DNA of 61,326 nucleotides, the filler included, from Squatina squatina (taxonomy: Eukaryota), in assembly GCA_031763465.1 (NCBI GenBank). It is 4 parts of 4 records of this genome, joined end to end, with 100 filler letters (N's around TTAATTAATTAA, not from the genome) between each part and the next. Parts side by side here need not be neighbours in the genome. Positions count along the whole stretch, not along the records: positions 12,235 to 28,247 come from JARFOE010000115.1; positions 28,348 to 48,698 come from JARFOE010000219.1; 2 more parts are not named here. One strand, given 5' to 3'. The first letter of the stretch is position 1. Every line of letters starts with the position of its first letter. Below, piece by piece: positions 24,864 through 36,429 of the stretch. Below the pieces are notes generated by a model. That model searched no databases, was not told where the DNA came from, and saw only the letters and a program-made list of their open reading frames with translations. Made by a program: the position numbers and the translations under genes.

Positions 24864-27333
24864 TGCTGTTTCCCCCTTTAGGGTAAATGGAGATGAACAC
24901 GTCAATATATACAGGCAGCGTGAAGCGAAGCTTTCGTCACTTCTAAACTATCAATTTGGTCACTTTTCTTATCCGACAGTAACAGCGCGACATCTTGCAA
25001 GTTGAATATTTTTTCCTGCACATTATTCGCGGTCTTTTATTTGAATATCATTTTATTGCAGAAAAGAAGCTTTGCTCTTGATAGAGTAAAACTGTTTTAC
25101 TTTAAATGATATTGTACGATTGATAAGAAAACGTGCAAAACTACACAGGCTGAAGATTTCAGAGTTTTTTTTCGAAGCAGCAAAGTTGTGTTGCACCATT
25201 TACGGATGTAACAGGTCTATGCTGCGATTGTATTACTCGTAGCCCTGGATATCGGAGATATCTACTTACTGCACCCGATTAAGCAGAAACGGGGTTTTCC
25301 TTTATAACTGAGTTTGGAACCTCAGTCAGCAGTGTATTCTCAGTCCCTGAGAGCTGATCTTCAGACTGACAGTTCCAAATAGGTCCCGCACCCTTGTCAC
25401 TGAGCGTCCATGCTCCCACCCCCAGGCAGGCGTCAACAGTGAAAAGGAGCACCGCCGCAATTGGCCGTGCTGTGGCAGGTATCTCCAGATGCCGTGAGGC
25501 GCTTATCTCGTTATAAATACATTGAACTTTGCATCGCTTCTGACGTCTGCAGGGAGTAATGTGACATTTTCAATCCTTGTGATTATATCCTGTGCTGATT
25601 GATTTGACGTGAATTGATTCCTTCTGCAAGATGCAGCCCGATGAAAAGAGAGTCTTTTATTCTCGGAAAAACCCTTAGAATTCTCTGAGGGTCCAGAATA
25701 CAATAAAAAAAAAAGAATCATAGAACACAGGCACAGGATNNNNNNNNNNNNNNNNNNNNNNNNNNNNNNNNNNNNNNNNNNNNNNNNNNNNNNNNNNNNN
25801 NNNNNNNNNNNNNNNNNNNNNNNNNNNNNNNNNNNNNNNATTGGGGGCCACTGATAACACATCGCCACCAGGGACAGCTGGCAGCAGATCTTCTTCCAAC
25901 ACACTGCAGATGTCTGCCACTGCTTGACGCAACAACCTGAGCATCCTGAGGCACTGCTGTTCTGACCTGTTGAGGAATCTGATCCTTTGCCTGTAGACCC
26001 TGTGTGCTGGTTATGGCCTCCTGTGCTGCTATAAGTCTGTGACCAGCAGGCCACTGCTGGTGCTGCTGCAGGTCCACTGAGCTCTAATCTAAGGCAGCAC
26101 CCCATCCTGATCTGATAGATAAAACCTCCAAGATATAGAAAGTCAAACCTCTCCAAAAGCACTGTGAACACCCTTTCCCACTAGCAGGTAAGAAAGCAGC
26201 TGTGATTACTGAATATGCAGTACTATATTTCCCTGAGATTGATTAACCTCCTCAATTGCCGCTGTCTTCTCGCCTTGCTTTCACTGGCGAGTTTCAGGAA
26301 TCCCAGGAAACCCATGAATCAGATGCTAAACTTAAAAATCTGTATCAATATTGCTCTAATTGAGCCATTACCATATGTGAAATACTAACCTGCCCCTCCC
26401 GAGGGGGTACTTCGCATGCAACCTGGAGTGAAACCCGGACGTTGGAACCGCCTTCCCGATGCACTCTCAATTTAACCGGTTTTAACCCCCCCATCACCCA
26501 CTCCCAAACCCATTCACTCCTCCATGTTAGAAGTCCTCCCATCATGTTTGCATTCGACCGACTCTGAAAATTTGAGTGGAATTAGCACAGTACTGTTGNN
26601 NNNNNNNNNNNNNNNNNNNNNNNNNNNNNNNNNNNNNNNNNNNNNNNNNNNNNNNNNNNNNNNNNNNNNNNNNNNNNNNNNNNNNNNNNNNNNNNNNNGT
26701 ACTGTCTTAAAAAATCATATTTCTTGTTCTTCTGGTCAAATGTCATTAACTTCAGTTATATTCTTAGTTCTAAAATGATGTAAGTTTATCTTCCTGAAGC
26801 TATGGGCAGGACTGTCACATCAAAAGAAACAATTATAAACAACAGAGGTATGACTAGAAACACTATCAGGCAACTTTACATTCAGCCCTCAAGGTGGTGC
26901 ACTGATACAATGTTCTCCTCCATGGCCAAGGGCCTACAATACTGTAGGAGTATCTTCAGAGAGAATTTTTTCATGCAGAAGAAACCATTTGATAAGATGC
27001 AGAAACACAGTTGCTCTGAGCAGCCTAATGTTCATGAGGTTTAGCGAAGCAATTGGCATGGTTGTCACCTTAACAAACGGGGAATTAGCTACTTGGCTCC
27101 CGGAAGTCACTAGTTCAGATGCACAGATCAGAAACTTCAGAGCAATGTCTCAGAAAAAAACGTATCCAAATAACGATTTAACTAAATTGAAATGTCTATG
27201 ATTATGAAAAAGGACCTGAAAATGTTAATATCANNNNNNNNNNNNNNNNNNNNNNNNNNNNNNNNNNNNNNNNNNNNNNNNNNNNNNNNNNNNNNNNNNN
27301 NNNNNNNNNNNNNNNNNNNNNNNNNNNNNNNNN

Positions 27334-27536
27334 TCAAATGTCCTGGTTTTTCGAGCCCACTCGACTGCACATGTATAGTTACAGCAACGGACTGACTGCG
27401 CATGTGCAGTCCCGCTGAACCGCTGAAGAACTGACTGCGCATGCACAGTTCCGCCGAAGGATGGACGGTGGAGACTGGGCTGCGCATGCGCAGCCTGATT
27501 GTCCCAGTTCAGGACAGTTCCGCTCTGGTCACCTTA
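27334..27536. mobile_element. hAT/Blackjack-like MITE with internal TGCGCATGCGCA-type repeats
   Basis: The right end ctggtcacctta resembles the reverse complement of a TAGGGTGACCAG-type TIR. The left part reads aaatgtcctggttttt. Four spaced ctgcgcatgcgcag-like motifs lie inside. Confidence 0.5.
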
Positions 27537-27736
27537 GTTCTAGAGGAACATTTCAGACTGTATTCCAGTTAAGGAGATGCCAACTTTCCCCAACCGATTT
27601 TTTTTCTGGCTCCTGAATGCAAAGTTTTTGTTTCAGTGGTACCTTGCTTAGGTCAAAAAAAGGGACAGAGGCTCAGATCACACTGACTGGGCATCCCTTT
27701 AAACTTGCCCAGGGTTTCCCAGAGAGAGGGCAGAGC

Positions 27737-27900
27737 TAGGCTTGCCAACTCTGGTTTGACATACTCCTAGAGATTTGATCATGTGACATTCAATCACATG
27801 GCATCACGTGACGCCGCACATGTGATGCATAATTACGTGACATTTGAACATGTGACATTTGCCCACAATACACACCAAGTCATAAAAATAATAAATAAAA
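27737..27900 (+). mobile_element. hAT-like element end (TAGGCTTGCCAAC) with CATGTGAC/CACGTGA repeats
   Basis: Start resembles TAGGGTTGCCAAC hAT termini; about six E-box-like repeats at 27777-27857. Confidence 0.4.
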
Positions 27901-28049
27901 CCAAAATCAAACCTAATTCAATTCACTGATTCCCTCACCCCACCACTGAAACCGACTTCAGGGAGGTGAGGTTCAGTCCTCAGCGAAAAGCACAAATCTG
28001 CCTGTAATAAAACACATTATACAACAAGCACATCACAGGCTGACATGAA

Positions 28050-28247
28050 CCCTCCCTCTTGCCCCAGTTTGTGTTGCGCTCTCTAACCCTCTCCCAGTTT
28101 GTGTTTCATCCTCCCTCTCCCAGTTTGTGTTGCTCTCTCCCTCCCTCTCCCAGTTTGTGCTTCACTCTCTCTCTCTCCTTCCCCCCAGTTTTTGTTGCTC
28201 TCTCCCTCCCTCTCCCAGTTTATGTTCCTCTCTCCCTCCCTCTCCCA
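28050..28247. repeat. Pyrimidine-rich minisatellite (~26-32 bp unit containing ctctcccagtttgtgttgctctct)
   Basis: About seven imperfect copies of ccctctcccagtttgtg, running into the linker. Confidence 0.85.
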
Positions 28248-28347
28248 NNNNNNNNNNNNNNNNNNNNNNNNNNNNNNNNNNNNNNNNNNNNTTAATTAAT
28301 TAANNNNNNNNNNNNNNNNNNNNNNNNNNNNNNNNNNNNNNNNNNNN
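28248..28347. other. Artificial scaffold-join linker
   Basis: N44-TTAATTAATTAA-N44. Confidence 0.95.
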
Positions 28348-28956
28348 AATCAGATATTTACTATTCCGAGGCAAAATGAGAATAAATGTGAAAGGTGTTG
28401 AAAATGCAACTGTCTTAAACACAGTGACATTCAGCTTTAAGTATCCAAACTGTAATAACTTATCAGAATTGTAAGTTTTATGAAGATATTTTCAGTTAAA
28501 CTTTTCTGTGGCTCTTGGTTAACAGATTAAACAGATCCACAGCAAAGCAAGGGTTACAAACTGCAAGAAAGCATTGAAAAAAATTGTGCCTTACCTGTAG
28601 CCAAAGCTATGCAACAATGCGTATGTTCTGTTTTCTAGTTCATGCTCTTCAAAAAGGCTATGTTAGAATTTGTTCTGTTTGTTCACAATGTTGAATCTTA
28701 TTGTATGATGTACGACCTCAAGTTTGATCCTATTGTGCTTGGCACGGCAGCAGCTGAGCTGTTAATTTATAAAGTTGTTACTGGATATTACATTTAATTT
28801 GGTGAAATTCTGTAACACTTAAAATCTTACTTGTGCATTGGCTGTGTGCTTCCTTGTACACATTTTCTTCAAATTCACAACCTAAAAGCTTCAATTTCAA
28901 CTAATTCAACATTAAGAAAAATGAATTCGTGTTTGCGCTGTGATGCACAGTTTTGA

Positions 28957-29015
28957 AATAAAGCAATTGAAATTCAATAATGTATCTTTATTACAAGATT
29001 ATGTCTCTGTTTATT
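28957..29015. terminator. Convergent polyadenylation signals
   Basis: Plus-strand AATAAA at 28957-28962. Minus-strand AATAAA at 28987-28992 and 29010-29015, about 90-115 nt after the AVEN stop. Confidence 0.55.
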
Positions 29016-29101
29016 CTGAAAATGATTAATGACAGCACATTATTCTACAATGCCAAAGCATTTACAGTCAATGATTTTTTGTCTTCATTCATATATGTGC
29101 A

Positions 29102-29214
29102 TTATGATATCATGCTATCTAACCAGTCTTCTAGTTCTTCCTCGGGGTCAAGCTTCTTAGCTGTTTCTGCTAGTTGTGAATTTGTACTGTCCATCACTTC
29201 TGCACCAGAAGAGT
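29102..29214 (-). CDS. AVEN: Cell death regulator Aven, terminal coding exon
   Basis: Acceptor ttgttaaacag|AC. Reads SSGAEVMDSTNSQLAETAKKLDPEEELEDWLDSMIS*, and EEELEDWLDSMIS is the recalled AVEN C-terminus. Synteny with CHRM5 and EMC7 agrees. Not in the ORF track. Confidence 0.92.
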
Positions 29215-30039
29215 CTGTTTAACAACAAACAAATAATGATGTCAATANNNNNNNNNNNNNNNNNNNNNNNNNNNNNNNNNNNNNNNNNNNNNNNNNNNNN
29301 NNNNNNNNNNNNNNNNNNNNNNNNNNNNNNNNNNNNNNNNNNNNNNNTTAAATATTTTGAATCGCATCAGTAACGATGCAACTACAACAACCAAAAGTCA
29401 AAAGGTCTTAAATACTACTTTTCAACAATGCTTACATGTATTTTAAAACAAATGATTCTGAACAAGAGTTATAAATAGTGGACTTTGACTCAGAACAGTA
29501 CAGGCCTCGCCTTAATTCAAAGTCACTCAATTCATTTATATGCACTAAATTCCCACTTTCCTGTGTTATTTATGGTAATCAATTCAAATTACGGATCAGC
29601 AATCTTAGTCAATTAGTCAAGTGGAAAAAAATGACTGAATTCATGATGGAGGAGGCTGAACTGCATTGATAAACTGTTCCTCCTGTTTCAGAGGTGCCAT
29701 TTTTGGGAAGCCCAGTTTTGTGGGATTTCAAAAACCACTTTAACAATGCAGATTTCAGTTATTGTTTTCTAAGTGGACTATTTTGAAGCAAGTTCCCTCG
29801 ATAAACCACAAGTTGGTTGGATTTTGCCTGGTGTCACAAGACTTATCAAATTTATTTTATTTTAATTTTATTTTTACTATTGAGAAATCAGAGTGAGGGG
29901 CATCACTGGGGTTGAAAAGATTAGGAGAGGTAAATTAAATAATAATGCCGATACTCAGTTGAGATTTAAAGACTTTTCTGCTTTTCTGTACAAGAACGGA
30001 AAGAATGAGGAAGGTAAAGAGTTGTGAGGTTTTGAGATC

Positions 30040-30252
30040 CTGACGGTAATAGGAATCCGGAACTCTCTTCCCTAAAAGGCTGTGGATGGTGGGTCAATTG
30101 AAATTTAAGACAGAGATCGACAGTTTTTTGTTAGGTAAGGGTAGCTAGGAATATGGAAAAAGGCAGGTAAATGGAGCTGAGGTATAGATCTGCATGATCT
30201 AACTGAACGGAACAGGTTTGAAGGGCTGAATGGCCTACTTCTGTTCCTATGA
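30040..30252 (+). mobile_element. CR1 LINE 3' end
   Basis: ggaactctcttccctaaaaggctgtggat...gacagagatcga...aagggctgaatggcctacttctgttcctatg tail. Confidence 0.75.
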
Positions 30253-30991
30253 GAAGATTCGGTTAGAGTAGGAGATGAGTCTTTATTTCAAGACAGTGAG
30301 GATGCAGCAAGTAGAAAGAACATGTATGATGGTAAATTTGAAACTTAGGAATTCAATTAGCCTCAGTCTGGTCCTCCAGAGGAGCAGCAGCTTTCAATTG
30401 GTCTGTACGGGCCAATAATACTCAATCCTGCAGGAATCACATTAATAGCTCAATTTCAGTAGTGCAATTCAAGCTGCCTCTAATTCTCCTCCTCCCCACC
30501 CGTATCTTTACTGCAACTCACAGCTCACTATTTTGTTTTAGAACATGCACTCGTCTCTATTCCTCAGATTTCTGAAACTACCTAAGGGAATCTGTGTGGA
30601 AGGGGCTTAACACGCACAAGGAAAGAAAATGAGAACCTCTGTGATTTTCATTTTCCTAAAAAAAATCTCCTTCTCTTCAATGAAAATCTTATGTTTCACA
30701 ACAACAAAAATTCTATGTGATGAAAGCTATTACTAATGTGGTCTCCTATTCCATCAGAAGAAAGAAATAAAGTCCCAAAGAGATGTCTGTGAAGGCACCT
30801 TCATTAAGAGAGCCAAGGCTAAGGTTACAAGATGGGTAAGCATACTGTAAGCAATGATGCCAGGCAAACTAAAAAATAATAAAATGGTCATTTCTTTCTT
30901 CCTGGGTACGCATTTTAGTTTTTAAACTTTTAAACGGACCAAATAAAATATTGTGCAGAATGAAATTCAATACAGTAGGCAGCATGTGTCT

Positions 30992-31089
30992 TCCTTCTTA
31001 GGCAGTCCCTCAGGTTCAAGGATGACTTGCTTCCACTCCGGAGTTGTGGGTTCTGAGGTGGCTAAATAGTCCAATGCGGGAACCGCAGA
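30992..31089 (-). mobile_element. RTE-clade LINE 3' end
   Basis: Reads CGSRIGLFSHLRTH with a 3' UTR nearly identical to 45280-45360. Confidence 0.8.
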
Positions 31090-31189
31090 NNNNNNNNNNN
31101 NNNNNNNNNNNNNNNNNNNNNNNNNNNNNNNNNNNNNNNNNNNNNNNNNNNNNNNNNNNNNNNNNNNNNNNNNNNNNNNNNNNNNNNNN

Positions 31190-31545
31190 CACCATCCCCT
31201 CACCTGGCACATTGACTGGCATGCTAGGCTGGTGGCCCGGTCGCCAGCATCCCTGGTAGCCCAGTGTTGGGGTGCTGTCGGCGGCCCTCCCCTTTAAGGG
31301 ATGCCTGGCAATGCTGCTGACGTTAGCGCATCTCATGTTGCTGGCGTGACGCTGAGGTCACGCCAGCAACATTCCAGGCTGGCCGCCCCGGTTTCACCCA
31401 GGAACGAGGCCAAGACAGCTGCGCCTCGCTCCCACAGTTCTGTGGCGGGCGGGGCGGGGTGGGAGCCGGCATGAGAAATGCCGGTTCCCACCCCATGAGT
31501 GCCCCAACGGGGTGCAAATCAACTTTGGTCCTCGAAATTTTTTGC
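31190..31545. mobile_element. GC-rich non-autonomous DNA transposon fragment
   Basis: CpG-rich segment with ccctttaaggg and gctgacg motifs like the other Harbinger-type MITEs here. Confidence 0.4.
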
Positions 31546-32578
31546 CAGAGTTGTGAGAGATCATGAGATTTCTGTGGGTAGCTTTCTTCGAGGTCAGCAG
31601 CGATCGCCGTCGCATCACCACTGACTGCAAATTAAAGGCCGTTATAACAACTTTATGTTCCTGTGTCACATTTCAGATGTCTATAACACATTCCCTAAGG
31701 CAAATTTCTACGTGGCACTTTAGGGGAAAAGGTATAAAGATCCAAAGTCAGTCATTTAAAATATACAGACAAATTCTCCTGCAGCAAAAAAATCACATGT
31801 GGGGAGAACCCGCCGTTCATAAAGAGACAGTATATAGACTAACACTGAGCATTTATATAAAGCGTTTGTTAAATTTACACATCAAACATTATGATTTCAT
31901 AACTATTGTTACTCTGTGCACTCCATCAGGGATAACAGGAAAGTATATTATGCCCTGTGCCACACTTTTATTCTATATTACATTGTTTCTCCATCAATTG
32001 ATAAAACACATATATTCTCAACAAGGCAATTTGTAAAATTGTAAAATCTTCCATAATCCACATAATAAGGAACAGGGAAATTATAAATTGTGAACAAATA
32101 AACATTACTGATCACACCTGTATCCGCCAGGTTGAGTATTCATACAAAAGCACACCCAACAAATTTCCAGAGTAGACCACAGAGCTCTTCCTTACTTATC
32201 TTGGTTCTGCCATGACATCTGTTTAATTATGCAGGCAGATGTCAGACAGCTTGCAGAGAACCTTGTTTTAATTTGGTTCCTTTCCATAAACCTTTATTGC
32301 AATATTCATAAATAATTTTTTTTTACAGATCATAGCACTTTATGGCCTATTTTGAGGACAAGCACAGATCCCAAAAAGAAATGGCATTTAGACATGTTCC
32401 AATTGATCTACTTCCAATAAATACACGGCAGCCTTCACTTTAATTAGAAAGTTTATCACATTTTTTAAATAATACTGANNNNNNNNNNNNNNNNNNNNNN
32501 NNNNNNNNNNNNNNNNNNNNNNNNNNNNNNNNNNNNNNNNNNNNNNNNNNNNNNNNNNNNNNNNNNNNNNNNNNNNNN

Positions 32579-32715
32579 TTGCTAGTCAAGGGTATTAAGG
32601 GATATGAAGCCAAGGCAGGTGGATGGAGTGTGGATACCGTTCCACCATGATCTCATTGTGTGGTGAAACAGGCTCGAGGGGCTGAATGCTCTAATCTTGT
32701 TCCTATGCTCCTATC
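32579..32715 (+). mobile_element. CR1 3' tail
   Basis: aagggtattaagggatatg...ccatgatctcattg...caggctcgaggggctgaatg..tcttgttcctatg. Confidence 0.75.
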
Positions 32716-32819
32716 TGGCTTTACAGTCAAATTTGAAAGGAGTACCGTGAATCACTGAAAAATAACGAACTTAATTTCAAAAGAGAATAGCCTGTAACAG
32801 AATGTAAAACCAATTTCTA

Positions 32820-33215
32820 TTCATGGAATGACACAGCAAAGAAGGAGTCCATTCAGCCCATTGTGTCTCTGCTGTCTTTTTGAAAGAGCTATTCAATTAG
32901 TTCCACTCCCCTGCTCCTTCCCCATAACTCTGCAAATCTTTCTCCTTCAGGTATTTATCCAATTCCCTTTTGAAAGTTGTTATTGATTCTGTTTCTACCA
33001 CCCTTTCAGGCAATGCATTCCAGATCATAAATCATTGCGTAAGTTTTTATTCCTCATGCTGACTCTGCTTCTTTTGCCAATCAACTTAAATCTGTGTCCT
33101 CTGGTTACTGACTCTTCTGCAACTGAATTTGTAAATTTCATGATTTTCAACACCTCTACTATACCCCCCCTTAACCTCTGCCCTAAGGAGAACAAGCCCA
33201 GCTTCTCCGCATCGT
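32820..33215 (-). mobile_element. CR1 3' end (internally deleted)
   Basis: Minus frame EKLGLFSLGQRLRGGIVEVLKIMK...SVTRGHRFKLIGKR, plus the CR1 tail. Confidence 0.8.
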
Positions 33216-33888
33216 GTGCATATTTTGTATCACAGCATGGCTTTGACCTCAGTGATAAAATGATAATATTCAATCATTCTAGTCCCAGATAAGAAAAGCA
33301 TATTTTTAAAATTAAAAAACACAAAATGCAAGTCAGGTCTACTAACCACAATTTAAATTAATCCTTTACGAACAAGCTTTTCATGTGCAAACAACAGGAA
33401 ACAATCAGTAGTTATAATATCAATTGCTCCTCTGATTAGCAGACACTGCTATCCTTCAGATACTGTAATTAATTGGTTTATTATGTATGAAAGCATCAGT
33501 CACTACCTAAACTGAACAGCTCATATTAGCAGGGTCTTGGTGCCATACATTCTCATTGTCCTGAGACATCTTGCCCTTTCAAGATTTTTTTTTCATCTTT
33601 TCACATGTACAATGTTATACAAATACTGTCAGAGGTTCAAGGTTATCTCAGTCAGTTGTCCACCCAAGGGGTGCCGGCAGGGACTCAGAGCCTGTTTCAA
33701 AGGTTAAAGGATGGCATTTGACTTGATCAAAAACCCGACATGGGAAAGATTGACATGGTCATGTCATATAAAGGACTGGGCCAAAAGTTGTTATGTCTTT
33801 GCACATTGTAACCCAGAAAGGTTAATCTGTGCCAGCAGTTTGATGAGAGTCCTTGTTGTCAGAAGTCCAGCATTGACACGTTAAAAAT

Positions 33889-34175
33889 AACAACAACAAC
33901 TTGTATTTATATAGCACATTTAACACAATAAAATATCCCAAGGCACTTCACCGGGGACATTATCAGATAAAAATTGATATTGAGCCACATAAGGAGATAT
34001 TAGGACAGGTGACCAAAAGCTTGGTCAAAGAGATAGGTTTTAAGGAATGTCTTGAAGGAGGAGAGAGAGGTAGCAATACGGAAAGGTTCAGGGAGGGAAT
34101 TCCAGAGCATGGGGCCTAGGCTGCTGAAGGCACGGCCGCCAATGGTGGAGTGATAAAAATCAGGATGTGCAAGAA
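33889..34175 (-). mobile_element. L2 3' end
   Basis: caacaacaacttgtatttatatagcac...gagccacataaggagatattaggacaggtgaccaaaagcttggtc; same family as the copy at 16996. Confidence 0.85.
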
Positions 34176-35158
34176 NNNNNNNNNNNNNNNNNNNNNNNNN
34201 NNNNNNNNNNNNNNNNNNNNNNNNNNNNNNNNNNNNNNNNNNNNNNNNNNNNNNNNNNNNNNNNNNNNNNNNNNNCTAAAGGGCTATATCGAACTCCTTC
34301 TTGAATATATTTAATGATTTGGTTGAGCCCTTGTAGATGAGCTTTGATTCACAAAAGTCCATGAGGTTCACGTTGAGCTTTGTAATCTAACTTGATTGAC
34401 ATCTGTATGTTCAGAGGCCTGCAGAGATATATACCACAGCCTTGGTTTGTTCGAAAGTTGGGTAAAATTTCAAAACAATTTGTTATGCTGCATATGGAGA
34501 ACAGTGAAATCTAAATAATGCATTTCTATCTAACCTGGTGATTTATTAATGCTTCTGTACGTTATTTTTTTTAGAAAATTCTGGTTAAGTTTGCATGAGC
34601 TACAGTCTTCATAATGGTATTCTGCCAGTTTGAAGAGATCAGGAATGAATGGTGGAATCCTGTACTATTTCCAGAGCTCACTCAATGGTAAAAGGGTTCA
34701 TTGTTCTGTTGGTCGGCTATCCTAAATACACGAGGTCAAGCTCTGCTTCATAGGAAGGATGTGCTGCTTATGAAAGCTGACTTTTGCACTGATCACAAAG
34801 TACAAGGGAGAGAGCCCGAATTATAATGTGCCATATGACTTTTCCTGTGGAATCATTACACTTGACGTTAGTAGATCCTTTTTTTTTTCTTAATGAGTTT
34901 TGAAGGTTTTTCCATTTGAGGAATTAAGTCTGCAACAATTTTGCCCATGAATTATTTGGTCATGGGGTGCCAAAAGAAAATGTTCTCCTTCCCTCCCCTA
35001 AAAGCACACACTCGTGATGNNNNNNNNNNNNNNNNNNNNNNNNNNNNNNNNNNNNNNNNNNNNNNNNNNNNNNNNNNNNNNNNNNNNNNNNNNNNNNNNN
35101 NNNNNNNNNNNNNNNNNNNTGTCGTTTATGGGGCCAGTATACTATTAAGAAGACTATA

Positions 35159-35316
35159 GGGGTAATTTTCACTTTGGATGCGGGTAGAAAACTTGTGGTT
35201 GCAGATCGGCCACCCGGTATATGAAGTCAATGGAAAGGAAAATTGGATTGGGTGTATGACTGGCGGCCGATCCACAATCGATAGTTTTCTGCCTGTGCCC
35301 AAAGTGAAAACTCTAG
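35159..35316. mobile_element. Palindromic MITE (Harbinger-type)
   Basis: Left ggggtaattttcactttggatgcgggtagaaaact pairs with right agttttctgcctgtgcccaaagtgaaaact. Inner inverted repeat gatcggcc/ggccgatc; core tgaagtcaatggaaa. Confidence 0.75.
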
Positions 35317-35756
35317 TTTGTGACGTTTTGTCTTAATATGATCAGCTTGTAGGCACAGACCATTTTTTGCTTATGACGAGGACTGCAGCATCTTATATTG
35401 CAGTATCTGTGCCATAGCAACATTTCTAGAACATGTTCAGTTCCAAATAACAGTTCTTTATGGTGCTGCATTAAGTATTTTATATTGCCAGTATTATACT
35501 GTGATAAAATACCAGACATTTGAATTACTGGTGGTAGTTCTGGGACGAGTTAAAGAAAAGGAACTAGTGTCACTTTGGTCACAATCAGGAAATTGCACCC
35601 GAAATGCACTTGAAATTATGCTGGTTACTCTAATTCAGTTTCTTTAACCAGTCAAGTCGATCAAAATGATTGAACCACATGTGAAATTGTAAGAGGTTAT
35701 ACTGGATATTGGAAAACAAGCAGTAGGTTACTAAAGGAGACACATTTAGTAATCAC

Positions 35757-35772
35757 AATTTTTCTTTTTCAG
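35757..35772 (+). promoter_or_regulatory. Splice acceptor of the CHRM5 coding exon
   Basis: ttttctttttcag ends 138 nt upstream of the ATG, consistent with muscarinic genes having an intronless CDS preceded by non-coding exons. Confidence 0.65.
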
Positions 35773-35910
35773 AAGAACCAAAGAAGCAAACAGGAAAGAT
35801 ACCTACAGAAGAAATTACTTCTATCATCCCAGGTTCACCTCACCTGCCTTCAACTGAGTAAAGCCCAGTGCTTGTTGTTTACTGTAGATATTACTCCAGT
35901 TCCTGAAACG

Positions 35911-36429
35911 ATGGGGTCAGATCTTTTTAAGAATACATCTCTTACTGGTAATATCTCCAATCAAGAGGAGGGGCACAGCCTTTTGAAAATAGTATCAATT
36001 GCCACTATTACTACAATTGTAAGCTTTATAACAATAATAGGCAACATTTTAGTCATTGTGTCTTTCAAGGTGAACAGCCAGCTTAAGACTGTGAACAATT
36101 ATTACTTGTTAAGTCTGGCCTGTGCCGATCTCATCATTGGAGTATTTTCAATGAATCTCTATACTGCTTATATACTAATAGGTTACTGGTCGCTCGGAAA
36201 CTTGACATGCGATCTGTGGCTGGCACTGGATTATGTAGCGAGTAATGCTTCTGTCATGAACTTGCTCCTTATAAGCTTCGACCGGTATTTCTCAATCACA
36301 CGGCCTTTGACTGAAAGGGCTAAACGTACGCCTAAAAGGGCTGGTATCATGATTGGACTTGCTTGGTTATTATCTTTTATATTATGGGCCCCTGCAATAT
36401 TATGCTGGCAGTACTTGGTCGGAAAAAGA
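35911..36429 (+). CDS. CHRM5: Muscarinic acetylcholine receptor M5 (N-terminus to TM4, truncated by gap)
   Basis: [60 protein letters not shown] and [30 protein letters not shown] match M5-specific residues. Synteny with AVEN and EMC7 agrees. Confidence 0.95.

Noticed and set aside
24342-24905. 187-aa ORF appearing to fuse NMUR1 TM1 to a novel C-terminus
   Set aside because: It reads through a 100-N gap into the antisense strand of the Harbinger transposase on a different contig.
9545-36429. PDE1, NMUR1 and CHRM5 as a neuro-signalling gene cluster
   Set aside because: The three genes sit in different blocks separated by artificial linkers.
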